DNA of 64,000 bases. Source: Azolla caroliniana. Lineage: Eukaryota > Plantae > Polypodiophyta. Position 1 is the first letter of the stretch, and each line of letters begins with the position of its first letter. A program made the translations under genes and the position numbers. Below, piece after piece: positions 13,192-24,699 of this stretch. The notes beneath the pieces were generated by a model. That model was not told the DNA's origin. It saw nothing but the letters and a program-made list of their open reading frames with translations, and did not search any database. Location of the stretch: positions 17,732,001 to 17,796,000 of the forward strand of contig JBHGNT010000011.1 of NCBI GenBank assembly GCA_043228905.1, given 5' to 3'.

Positions 13192-14495
13192 ACTAGTCTC
13201 ACTAATAATCATGGAACCCAAAATTGAGAATTGTAGAAACAAAGCTAAAGGACCGACAATGATGAGTGCTGCATGTTCAACAAAGAATTAGTATGAGCAT
13301 TAGAACATCTTATTATCAGTGTCCTAGTACTTGACAATCAAGTATCACACACGCTTATTTCAGCTTCTCAAGCAACTAGTACAAATTATAAGGGTAAGGG
13401 TTTCATCTATAGCTATAATATTCAAAAACTACTTGGTTGGGGTATGCTATTGTTTCTGTTGATGATATGTTCGTGCGATACTTCACAAAAATCAATTATG
13501 GAAAGGAATATTAATATTGTTTAGTTATGTGGAGGCTTTGTCTAGAGCTAAGCACCATCATCAACACATTGACCATCTTCTCCTCTTTGACCAAGAGAGA
13601 TGGGCAAACGTTAAAGGGAGCATGGATACCTTGGTAATAAAGATATGGGGCATTCCGTCTAGACCTCTGGCCATAATCTGCGAATCCAGCAAAGCAAAGC
13701 AACACTTTTCTTTTCACTTTAAACCGAGCCAACGGCAATCTTGATGAGGCAACTGGAGTAAGCTGCTTGCTGCTTTGGGGCTGGCTACTTCTACAGCCAA
13801 GGAACCGACAATGACACTTGTGCTTCTTAAGAAAGATATATTTTAGACTCTTTGATAATCCTCGTGGTTTCTCCATGGGGATGAAGTATGGGGCACAATG
13901 TCCAAAAAGCACTTTCTTATAGTCCTTTGAGATCATAATAATGGAATGGAAAGGTGATTGATTGTGCTAAATCATAAAAGAAACCGTGTGAACTTCATAG
14001 AATTGCATTGGAAGTAAGGAAAAAAATTCAAGAGACACAAAATAAATGTTTCTTTTATTTCATGATGCATTAATAGGTTCTTCCATCACCAATGTATCAT
14101 GGCTTGGGAACGATAAGATGCTCACACTTCACACATTATTTGAATATCGCATTTTGAAAAGATGCTTAAGTCATACCTTTCAAAATGAATAGAGTTAGAT
14201 ATGGCTATAAGTTGTGCAACACTAAAAAAATGAGAAATAATAATCTTGATTAACAAAATTTTAAGACAAAATGGCCACAATTACCAAAAAAAGACAAGAA
14301 TGAAGGTGTTCACAACACCCTCCTAAAGACTAGGGACTACATTGCAATAAAAGACCATCTAGCAATGGTGCCATTTGCACCACCATGGCTATTACTCATG
14401 TTTGGTGTGCTTATTGATTTTATGTATGTCATGAGACAAATAAAAAAGTGAGAATGAAGCTCTCACACCCACCCAAAGACTTTAAATCGTGATAA

Positions 14496-15948
14496 TTATA
14501 AAGAGGGTTTGTGCACCACAATTGCCACAACTTGCGTTTGGCGCTCATTGTCAAATGCCATGAGACGAATGTATGCATGTGGGTACATCTTCTTACATTC
14601 TTCAATTTCTCTCAACACTGCAATTGCATCTGCACATCCGAACATAGGCAACTTCCACAACGTCCAATATCGCCCATCATAATAATTGCATTCCTTGGAG
14701 TTCTCTCGTGATATGGATCCATTCTGATAACAAAACAGTCAAGATGAATTCTTAGGCATAAATCAAACGTAATAAGGATGAATTTTGAAATCTAAATATC
14801 TAGGTTGATACCTAGGATGATGGCTAAGACCCACAAAAAATGTTTATGCACAAATCAAAGTACAAAAATGTTTGCCCGCTTTTAAACATTTCTATATGAA
14901 TGTCCGGATGATTTCCAACGGAGAAGATTTAACAAAAACATCATGAAGTTTATAGAAACTTGTTTTTTAATATCAACTACACTTATGAAAACCTATGGAT
15001 GACCATTCTTACCGAACACCAAAATACATGCTCTCCGAGATTCAGGATTTCATTTCAAGTTGAAATTTTTTCATGAGCAAAGGTTTAGATTCATGAGTTA
15101 ATGAATGATGTCTTCTTGATAGACTTGATATAATGTCCAGCATAAAACATTTTATTGAACAAACCTGGTCAAACTCAAGGCATGGGATCCATCCTTTGGA
15201 GACGATGTAATCAACCTGCTTCACAATTTGCTCAGCACTGAGAGGCAGCACATACGACAATGTTTCGTATCTCTTGTTCATGAGAGGATTAACGACCTAT
15301 ATATGAAGAAATAAAAAACATTAAAATTTTGGTCGCCTTCGATTGATAACTAAACAATGATGATTCGAATTATGACAGCCCGAAATGACCAAAATAATCA
15401 TTAAAAACTAAATAAGTTTGTCTTTCAACCTAAATCCGCAGAAACAAAGATTCTCGCCATCGCAGATCATGCAAAACACAACATTTTCATAAGATTCACG
15501 AAACTACAAGAAGATTGAATTTCTATATGAAGGAACCTCCGATGAGGCCAAATGTATCTCAAAATTTTAACATGTACAATGAATGAAGAAATTAAGACAG
15601 AACATAGAAGGAAAGAAGTAAAGTGGGATGACGTAGAAAGAAAGAAAGAAAGAAGGAAAGAAAGAAAGCGATGAGAGAGAGAAGGATGACCTGCATAGAG
15701 CAATGGAGACGGCTTCCATTGGAAGTATTATGTATTACTGAATTTCTTTTGTTACAGCAGGAGCATTGTGTCTTCGTTCTTATAAATCCTAGCCCGTGAT
15801 GATCAAATACAGCCAGACTCACAGTCATCCGAGATTTGTTCTTATTATTAGCTGAGGCTGAAGCTGAGGTTACTGTCGGTGTGTTGTTACAGGCCGAGGC
15901 TAGTGTAGATGAAGAGTACTGCAGAGATAAAGAATGAAACGGAGCCAT
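14496..15948 (-). CDS. RBCS: Rubisco small subunit, divergent T-type-like, 3 exons, 205-aa precursor
   Basis: Exons 15948-15691, 15296-15165 and 14723-14496, all phase-0 GT-AG at the standard RbcS intron positions. Motifs CSMQ|[40 protein letters not shown]. Exon 3 is not in the ORF track and was translated by hand. Confidence 0.93.
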
Positions 15949-16069
15949 GGCCTCTTCTTCTTTGCTATGATTATGATATCCGAGCCTTCTTTCCTTCTTT
16001 TCTTTTCTTTTCTTTTCCGTATAAGAATGGAAAGATATGAAGGAATTCTGTACAAAGCATATTTATATC

Positions 16070-16100
<31 letters not shown>

Positions 16101-16399
16101 GATGCTGTCAGAGAACACCATGCAAACACGAGTACATGCAAGACAGTCCCTTTTCTGCAAGACGACGACGAAGAAGAAGAAGAAGAAGAAGAAGAAGAAA
16201 AGCCTTCCCAGTTTTCCAAAATTGCCAAATTGCCCCTCACTTCTGATTGACCCACGTGGTCGTTGCACCCTATCGCGAGATTAGAATTCGAAGATGGAGT
16301 CGGTTGATGCTCTTATCTTTAGTTAGAGGCAACCAGATAGAAAGTTTACGGGACTCTGGCAACGAAGCCTCTGGAAATCTGTCTTAGCATACGGATCAA

Positions 16400-16661
16400 C
16401 AACTGTACCCGACGAATGACCGAAGAGATGGCATTGTGGTTGTTACTTGTGGTCACGCTACGAGTTGAAAGCGGGCTCGGCATATGCCGTGGGAATGTCT
16501 TAGTACGATTGTCAAGTTGATGCACGAGGACAACTGTACCCGACAAATGACCGAAGAGATGGCAGTGTGGTTGTTACTTGTGGCCACGCTACGAGTTGAA
16601 AGCAGGCTCGGCGTATGACGTGGTAATGTCTTAGTACGATTGTCAAGTTGATGCACGAGGA
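16400..16661. repeat. 131-bp tandem duplication upstream of RbcS
   Basis: The unit caactgtacccgac...gatgcacgagga starts at 16400 and at 16531 with few mismatches. Confidence 0.9.
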
Positions 16662-16869
16662 GGGGAAAGGTAAAGTAGAATTTGGCAACAACTTCCCTTA
16701 GACTTATCCGGAGAGGCATGTTGAGAAGCAACCTTCTTGTCATATAGACAAAGGGGCTTTTTGTAAATGATTGAGAAAAAGCCTAAAGAACTAAATGGAT
16801 TTTCCAAAATTTACATTTGGAAACTCGAGTCAAAGAATGCCCTTTTGAGTTTATGGATAAAAGTTATTG

Positions 16870-17400
16870 TTTTTTTTTTTCCAAAAAGATTTCCTTCATT
16901 AGTATTAAGAAAAAACGCCATAAGGCTACAAACTGTACAACTTAGAGAGTATTATATACAAAAAGGATAATCAGGGGAAGGGCCAAGGATGATGATACTT
17001 CCAGATTGGTCCTTGAGAGGAGATCGTGAATAGAGGCAACTTCCTCCATAATTGTAGTAATTTTTTCCTTTTCTTAAGAACAACCTCCGAAGGGCCCGAC
17101 ATATTGTCATACTGCCCACGCACTGCTGCCAGTAAGTTGTCCCATAATTCTAGCAATATATCTGAGAGAAGGGGTACTATGGAATCATATCGTCTTTTAC
17201 ATCGATACTTCCATAAGGTCCATAATGTAACCGTAGATACTGTTTTCCATACTTGGGTTGGATAAATGTTATTGTTGATAGATAGGTCTTTGAAGAATGC
17301 TCTATGTGATTCAACATGGGCTAAAGGGTTATTGAAAAACATAACTCGAAAGGTGACTCTTGAATCTCATGAAGTCGCCAATGTGTGTTCCTTATATTTC
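16870..17400 (-). mobile_element. 5'-truncated LINE (L1-type) 3' fragment
   Basis: ORF 17342-16971 carries LWTLWKYRCKRRYD, like the WxxWKxRNxxxF motif after the L1 ORF2 zinc finger. It is followed by a short 3' UTR and an oligo-A tail (T run at 16870-16880 on +). No clean TSD was found. Confidence 0.65.
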
Positions 17401-17959
17401 AGGTAAGGTTTTGTTGGCCTAAATTCTAATCTTTGATTATATTTTTGGTAAAGGGATACCTTTGGCTACAACCATGAAACTCAACAAAACAATTTCCCAC
17501 GTAAGTTTTTTCACAAACACCAGGAGGAGGAGACCAATCACATGTTTGGACCTTCAAGCATGATTGAAAATAGGCGATTATGTGTATCAAGCCTTTTTTC
17601 TCCATTACCCTATTAGTAGAACATGACATTGCATTTTGGTATTTTTAATACGTCAAACATCAACAAGACTACTTAGGGAAGGCAATGCTGTCGTTTTTAT
17701 GCTTGTTTGTAGAAAGTAAATTTGCAAAGCGAGTTTTGACGAATCAAAGTATAACTTTAATATTTAGATGCGATAAGTTGTCCCTTTAACTCTCTCATAA
17801 ACATTTAAAGGCACATATACTCCCTTGACCTCAAGCATCAAGTGAACCTCATGCAATATCTTCTTTGTTCATGAAAATGTGGCCATTGTCACGAAACATG
17901 CCTATCTTGGTTCTTACCTAGTGGTATAAGACCTTCATGTGTAACTTCCATGACTATCT

Positions 17960-18085
17960 CTCTTATCGTAATTAGCTTACCCTAGCGGTAAATTGTTAAC
18001 ACTATAAGCACTACATCTTCGGTTCAAAACCCAATTTTCCTCACCTCTCTATTAGATACTTCATACATCATATCTCTTAATTCTC
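17960..18085 (+). repeat. Third copy of the SINE-like repeat
   Basis: tctcttatcgtaattagcttaccct...ggttcaaaacccaattttcctcacctctctattagatacttcataca matches 5489-5590. Confidence 0.55.
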
Positions 18086-18096
18086 TAGATGCCATC

Positions 18097-18162
18097 GTGG
18101 AATGTAGGGGTTGAACCCATAACCACATGGTCTCCATTGGGCAACCTTACCAACTAAGTAAC
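18097..18162 (-). pseudogene. Degenerate tRNA-like sequence (SINE head or tRNA pseudogene)
   Basis: The reverse strand has an A-box-like TAGTTGGTAAGG and a B-box-like GGGTTCAACCC at tRNA spacing. The stems are not intact. Confidence 0.4.
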
Positions 18163-18535
18163 ATCCATCTAGGTTCTCTCTCTTGTCATTGAATCCACAT
18201 GACTTGGATATTCTAGGGTAATCATCAATACCCAAGTAGTAAAAATATCATTGTTGCCCTAAAAATATCCAAAGGTGGTATTTGGAAATGTTGAATATGA
18301 ACATGATGAGGAACATTGATTTGCTTTGAGCATATGGAAATTTGTGGTATGTTTCAACTATTGAGGAAGTGCTCAATCAAGTCTATCAAACGAAGGATTC
18401 ATGGCTAGCCATTGTCTTAAAGACGAGTTGGGGAAGGATAATCACTTCCTTTCCATCATTTTGTATTTTGTAGCTGATATGCTTTTTAGAACTAATGGAA
18501 GGATATGTTTTCTAAAAATAAAAAATATCATTGTT

Positions 18536-18993
18536 TGTTAGAGACATAGACTAATGTAAGCATTAGATAAGGATAGAATAAAGATAAATAGATAGAAAGG
18601 AGAGAGAGAAAGAAGGGTGCCGATCCACCCCACCACCCTCGAGCGAAGGGATCGAGATGGACTCGAGCCTCGATCGGCGTCCCATACCACCACCGTGGCG
18701 TCGAGTCGTACCTGGTGTTGGCGTGCTCGCTACAAGAGTTGACCCATCACAAGACAGAGTCTCGACGTAGTCAACCAGATGATCAAATGAGGGTAGCTAG
18801 GCCTCTTATTTATAGCGATACCCAAGGCCCCCAGGCAAGTTCACACTTGGCCTAATGGGTTATCTCAATCCTGAGGATTTAAAAGTAATCCTCCCCTTCT
18901 TTACACTCTCGTTTAACCCTCACACTTATCCACGTGTATAGAATACTACGGTAAATTCTCACCACGGGATATTATATGGTCATGCCCGTAACA
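18536..18993. mobile_element. Solo LTR, 458 bp
   Basis: TGTTA...TAACA termini and 5-bp TSD TTGTT (18531-18535 and 18994-18998). CpG-rich relative to its flanks. Confidence 0.8.
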
Positions 18994-19179
18994 TTGTTGC
19001 TCTAGACAATCGTCATTATACTCAAACAAAGAGGCAAACATGCAAAGTCATCGCTCCTATGGGCATTAAGCAATCAATGATATTGTGGATCTATGACAGT
19101 CTCCAATCATTTTGCCTACAAGGCATGCGTGGATGATGCAATAGGGTGATTGTATGAGAGCAACTACAATAGTCCGTAA

Positions 19180-19670
19180 GAAAGTCACTATTACTCCACG
19201 AAATCATGGATATAACCAAGTGGAGAGACGAACACATGGAAAGTCATCGTTCCTCTGGGAACAAAAAGTTACATGAGATCGATACAACAGTTGGAGAGAA
19301 AGCCATCGTTATTCTACAAAATCATCGATAATCCAGCAGGGAGACGAAACCTAGGAAGTCATTGTTCCTCTGGCAACAAAAAAAGTCGCATAAGAGAGAT
19401 ACAACACTTGGTGAGAAAATCATCGTTACTCTACGAAATCATCGATAAACAAGCGGAGAGACGGGCATGGAAAGTCATGATCATTCCTCTAGGGAAAAGT
19501 CATCGTTTACTCTACGAAACTCATCGATAAACAAGCGGAGAGACGGGCATGGAAAGTCATGATCATTCCTCTAGGGAAAAGTCATCGTTTACTCTACGAA
19601 ACTCATCGATAACGAAGCGGACAGATGGACATGGAAAGTCATCGTTCTTCTTGGGAACAAAAAGTCATGG
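19180..19670. repeat. Degenerate tandem array built on AAAGTCATCGTT/CTACGAAATCATCGATA, including an exact 82-bp duplication
   Basis: 19441-19522 is repeated at 19523-19604, with more diverged units on both sides. Confidence 0.8.
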
Positions 19671-19995
19671 CCAGCATTCGGTCAAGAGAGACCGACCGGA
19701 CGGGACTGGACTGGTCACAAGGAGAGGATAAGACACGTGGCCAAACCTTTGAGGGGACATGTGGTACTCTGCTTCTGCACAGAACCTGAATCATGGTCTT
19801 CATCTGGGCTTTCCTCATGTCTTCTCCTTGACAGTGGAAATCTCAGATAACCTTAACTCCTCTGGAAAAACCCATTGGCTGAGAATCGAGTCTTCCATTA
19901 AATAGATACACCCATAATCATAATCTGGTGAGCCCTGTTCTCTTCCTCTGTCCAAGTTAAATCTGTGAAAGAAAAGGGTCTAAACACACAACCTC

Positions 19996-22900
19996 ATGGA
20001 CTTGGACCATACTTCTCCCCTTCTTCTTCCCCAACAGGAAGAAAATTCGCTCTCTGAGCATTCCATGGAAGGTGTTTTGTTGATAGATGAAGTAGAGAAA
20101 CATCATGAAGAAGTAGTAGAAGAATCAAGAACAAATGATGATAAAGAAGTGGCATCTGAAAGAGGTTTTGTAGATGAAGAGACTATACTTGGAAGCAACA
20201 ATACAACCTCTCTCAATTCGAGTTTTCCTGCCATTCGGGCTCACATTTCTTCAGATGATATTGACGAAGAAGAAGATGAAGTTAAAGAAGGAAAAGACGA
20301 AGACGAAGAAGACGAATATAAAGACAGCGTCGACGAAGAAAACGAAGATACGCGAAGTTTTGCTAGTAGCAAAGGTTATGATAGTGTCTCATATCTTGCT
20401 TCCTCTCCAGAAATGGATAGCCCTGTTGGATCCTTTTCAGGACCATTTCCTTTCTCAGAAGCTTCCATTAATGCTCAACAGAGTGCTTTGAGGAAGCTCA
20501 ATGAGCTGAATACTGGAGTTGCTTCGGTCGATGTTTCAATACTTGAAAATGGAACTGAAGAAGAGTTTCGACATGTGGTGATGGATATCGCAATAGCTAA
20601 AGGTTTATCACTCGATGATGACATACTTCTCGAGATTCTTGATGCATTAGTACCTGTCGTGAGGGAAAGGATTAAGAGAAATAAGTATGAAAACTATACC
20701 AGAACCACTATACCTGTAGCTAAGCCTACAGTTGAAGATGAAGATGATGATTATACAAATGCATTGTATGATGCCGAGGCATTTGGAAGCGAGGGAGATA
20801 CAATCAATGGAAAAACAGTCATAAATTTGGATAAGCTAGAAAATACAGACTCGATTGTCTCCTATTCCGCTCTGGGTTTGCCTGTTAAAGGTGCCGAGGA
20901 TGACTCTGATGAGCAAGATGAGCCAATATTGGCATTGAAGAATGAAGAAGAAAAGAATATGAACTCCGAAGAAGGATCCGACTCAAAGAAACCTGATACC
21001 TTGGATGTGATCCATGATGGAACTGAAGATGAAAATGCTAGTATGAATATGGCCGGATCTCTTCATGAAAATGAGTATTTGGTTGAGTCTTATTGTGATG
21101 ATTCCTATCCTGAGAAGCAATTGCATGATACAAATCAGCTAACTAACAGATTTGAGGATGCTGAAACATCAGGATTATCTGATGAGATTGAGCTTAATCC
21201 TGTTGAAGGTTACACTGATATAACAACTGATGCTGATCTCCAATATTTTCTTTTAGAAGCTACAAACAGACATGAGGGAAATTTATTACATTCAGATAAT
21301 AGTGAATTTGATATAAACTTCTCCTTAGAGGAAGATGAAGCCATGGGAATCGGTGATGATGAGGAATCTGCTAATAATGATTATTATGATTCTGTCTCTT
21401 CTCTTTTGGATGCATTTAGAAGTCCTAATTCTTCCAGAACTCTGGCAATTAATGATATGTTATCATTGGATGTTGCAAGACATTCTCGAGTCCTTGTTCG
21501 ACCACAATCCATGCCTTTATCAACCACAAGAAGTGAAACAAATGATTCTACTGTCCATTCAAACAATATTGATCTTTCAGAGGCTGATTTGGATGCTCAA
21601 AAGAAGCTAGAGGTTATTCGCGAGAAGTTCTTGCGATTGGCACATAGATTAGGACAATCTGGAAACAACTTAGTAATGTCGCAGGTATTATATCGGTTAG
21701 GTTTAGGAAAGCAAGAACACAAGGGGCAAATCAGTGGCAGAGCAGGGTCTTTTAGTCTTGAAAGATCTTTAAATGCACCAATAGAAGATGATTCAGATGA
21801 TCCAAATGATCTAGATTTCGAATGCACAATAATGGTTATCGGTAAGAGTGGTGTTGGGAAGAGTGCCACGATAAACTCTTTATTCAATGAAAGTAAATCT
21901 ATGACTGATGCATATAAACCAGCTACAAAGAAGGTTCATGTGGTTAGTGGTACTGTCTATGGTGTAAAGTTGAGAGTTATCGATACGCCTGGCCTCTTAC
22001 CTTCATTTGCAGATCAGCGATATAATGAGAATATTATGTCATCCGTGAAACGCTTAATGAAGAAATCGCCACCTGATATCGTGCTCTATTTTGATCGGAT
22101 TGATATGCCCAATCGAAACTATGGTGATCTCCCGCTGCTTAGAATCATTACTGATACATTAGGTTCGACAATATGGCTCAATGCTATGATTGTGCTGACA
22201 CATGCATCCTCAACTACCCCAGATGGTGCTGATGGTCTTCCTATAAGCTATGATATGTTTGTGGCGCATCGTTCACACTCAGTTCAGCAGACTATTAGGC
22301 AGGTGGCTGGAGACATGCGTCTTATGAATCCTGTTTCTTTAGTAGACAATCATGCATCTTGCCGGAGGGATAGAGATGACCAATTTGTATTGCCCAATGG
22401 TCATGTGTGGAAACCGCAACTTTTGCTTCTATGTTTTGCATCAAAGCTCTTAGGTGAAGCAAATTCTCTATTGAATTTGGGTGATAATGGTCTGAGTAAG
22501 CCTTTCAGCGCGAGGTCACGGCGGGTGCTCCCGCTCCCTCTCTTGCTTTCGCGGTTGCTTCACACTCGTGCACAGCCTACACTTCTGGATGATAATGATG
22601 ATGATGATGATGATTCAATGATAGAAACTGATTTGGATGATGAAGATGAAGATGAAGAAGAAGAATATGATGATTTGCCACCGTTTAGGCATCTTACCAA
22701 GGCTGAACTTGCATTGTTAGACAAGGAACAGAGGAAGATTTACCATGAAGAGCTAGAGTATAGAGAGAATCTTTTCATGAAGAAGCAACTAAAAGAAGAG
22801 AGAGCAAGAAAGAAGGGTTTAAAAAAGAGGAGACTGGTCCATTCTCTTCCCGAGGAAACATCGGAATATGTGGATGAGGAAGAAAATAAGTCAGGTGCAG

Positions 22901-23721
22901 TGCCAATGCCAATGCCTGATATGCCATTGCCTCCATCTTTCGATTCCGATAATCCTACTTATCGATATCGCTATATTGACATGGCTAATCAATGGATTAT
23001 TCGGCCTGTATTGGAAACACATGGGTGGGATCATGACAGTGGATTTGATGGGCTTAACATCGAGAGCACATTCATGATTTCCGATGAAATTCCCGCCTCT
23101 CTATCCGGCCAAATTAGCAAGGACAAAAAGGAGTGCACAATGCAATTGGAATCTAATGCATCCTTTAAGAATGGGGAGGGTAAAGTTACCCTAACAGGTA
23201 TAGATATCCAGGCAATTGGGAGGAGCTTAGCATACACATTACGAGGCGAGACTAAGTTTGATAATTTCAAGCGAAATAGAACATCGTGTGGTCTCGCTGT
23301 CACAAAGCTGGGTGATGCTATTTCTATCGGGATCAAGCTAGAAGATCGACTACTTATAGGGAAACAATGTAAGGTAGTTGCTAATGGTGGAGCTATTAGG
23401 GGTCGTGGGGACTCTGTATATGGGGGGAGTCTAAATATTTCGGTTCAAGATAAAGATTACCCGATCAAGCAAACGGTTTCTACTCTTGGTCTTTCTTTGA
23501 TGAATTGGCATGGTGATGTTGCCATTGGTGGAAACTTGCAAGCTCAATTCAAGTTAGGCTCAACCTTGTTAGGAGTACATGCTAATTTGAATAATAGAGG
23601 TGGGAAAATCACTTTTCAGGCCAATAGTTCAGAGCAAATTCAAATGGCTTTGATCGGCCTTATACCTCTATTGCATTCATGCCTTAAAAGGATCCTGAGT
23701 TCTTATCAAACCATGGTTTAA
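19996..23721 (+). CDS. TOC159: Translocase of chloroplast 159-family GTPase receptor, intronless, 1241 aa
   Basis: Long acidic A-domain, G-domain with GKSGVGKSATINS and VIDTPGL, PDIVLYFDR, RLMNPVSLV, M-domain with PDMPLPPSFDSDNP.YRYR and HGWDHD.GFDG. The subfamily (159 versus 132/120/90) cannot be resolved without a tree. Confidence 0.93.
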   Translation: MDLDHTSPLLLPQQEENSLSEHSMEGVLLIDEVEKHHEEVVEESRTNDDKEVASERGFVDEETILGSNNTTSLNSSFPAIRAHISSDDIDEEEDEVKEGKDEDEEDEYKDSVDEENEDTRSFASSKGYDSVSYLASSPEMDSPVGSFSGPFPFSEASINAQQSALRKLNELNTGVASVDVSILENGTEEEFRHVVMDIAIAKGLSLDDDILLEILDALVPVVRERIKRNKYENYTRTTIPVAKPTVEDEDDDYTNALYDAEAFGSEGDTINGKTVINLDKLENTDSIVSYSALGLPVKGAEDDSDEQDEPILALKNEEEKNMNSEEGSDSKKPDTLDVIHDGTEDENASMNMAGSLHENEYLVESYCDDSYPEKQLHDTNQLTNRFEDAETSGLSDEIELNPVEGYTDITTDADLQYFLLEATNRHEGNLLHSDNSEFDINFSLEEDEAMGIGDDEESANNDYYDSVSSLLDAFRSPNSSRTLAINDMLSLDVARHSRVLVRPQSMPLSTTRSETNDSTVHSNNIDLSEADLDAQKKLEVIREKFLRLAHRLGQSGNNLVMSQVLYRLGLGKQEHKGQISGRAGSFSLERSLNAPIEDDSDDPNDLDFECTIMVIGKSGVGKSATINSLFNESKSMTDAYKPATKKVHVVSGTVYGVKLRVIDTPGLLPSFADQRYNENIMSSVKRLMKKSPPDIVLYFDRIDMPNRNYGDLPLLRIITDTLGSTIWLNAMIVLTHASSTTPDGADGLPISYDMFVAHRSHSVQQTIRQVAGDMRLMNPVSLVDNHASCRRDRDDQFVLPNGHVWKPQLLLLCFASKLLGEANSLLNLGDNGLSKPFSARSRRVLPLPLLLSRLLHTRAQPTLLDDNDDDDDDSMIETDLDDEDEDEEEEYDDLPPFRHLTKAELALLDKEQRKIYHEELEYRENLFMKKQLKEERARKKGLKKRRLVHSLPEETSEYVDEEENKSGAVPMPMPDMPLPPSFDSDNPTYRYRYIDMANQWIIRPVLETHGWDHDSGFDGLNIESTFMISDEIPASLSGQISKDKKECTMQLESNASFKNGEGKVTLTGIDIQAIGRSLAYTLRGETKFDNFKRNRTSCGLAVTKLGDAISIGIKLEDRLLIGKQCKVVANGGAIRGRGDSVYGGSLNISVQDKDYPIKQTVSTLGLSLMNWHGDVAIGGNLQAQFKLGSTLLGVHANLNNRGGKITFQANSSEQIQMALIGLIPLLHSCLKRILSSYQTMV

Positions 23722-24381
23722 AAGAAAAGACCAATATTTGAGGGAGGAGGGGGTTTCATTTTTTTGGCCAAGTTAATTCAATTGTACAGATGATAAACAT
23801 GTTCTATGATATGCAAAGTTCAACTCGTTTGGCAATGAAAACTAGCTATGACCTTGATATGCCTTGAAGGAACAATGTCGAATATTGTAGAAATTCAAAT
23901 TCAAATTGTTGGTCCACATTTTTTCTAACGGAAACTTCCAAGAGTTGGTTCTCCATACATAACTTTAAGGATGATTAAATTACCTCCCACATTTAGGAGA
24001 TGAATCATACAATTATTTCCCTCATGTACATCAAACAAGACATATTGGTTAAGTCTTAACTTGGAGGCCTTTTGTCTTGTTTACCGAAGCTATATTATCC
24101 ATGTGAACATTTTAAAACTTCAGTTGTACTTAGAATCAGATTGTAGGAATGGCACAACTCCCAAAATGTTACAATTAGAACATTATAATAACATAGATAG
24201 TGATCACATATCTTTATGGTGATCTAGATTATTGACATGTATATTTAGACATTGGTAATAAAAGTGGTAATTGTTGTAAGCTCCCACCCTCAAGAAAAAA
24301 ACCCAATGCTTATTTAAGTTACTGTACTTAATGATAGTTGAGGACCGAGGTAATGAATTCCTTCAAAGTTGATGGTTTGGT

Positions 24382-24699
24382 CTAATGGTCTCTACCTTAT
24401 TTGGTCATTAAATGTCTTCTCTTCACCCATATGTAGGCACAAAATTTTGTTGATGTTTCCTTTATAAACAACTAATGGTCGTCCATCCATGGATGAAAGA
24501 GAGTGAAGGTTGAGAGCATAAGACAACATGACATTATACTTCTAATGATCTCTAGCTTATTTGGTCAATGGTTGTCTCTTCTTCACCCATATGTAGGCCC
24601 CATTTTTGGTTGATGTTTCCTTTATAATAACTCATGGTCGTCCATCTATGGATGAAAGAGAGTGAAGGTTGAGAGCAAAAGACAACAAGACATTATACT
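24382..24699. repeat. About 160-bp tandem duplication
   Basis: ctaatg.tctcta.cttatttggtca...gacattatact occurs twice in tandem. Confidence 0.85.

Noticed and set aside
13511-13936. 141-aa ORF between the PPR gene and RbcS
   Set aside because: No domain similarity, no consistent exon structure and no gene context.
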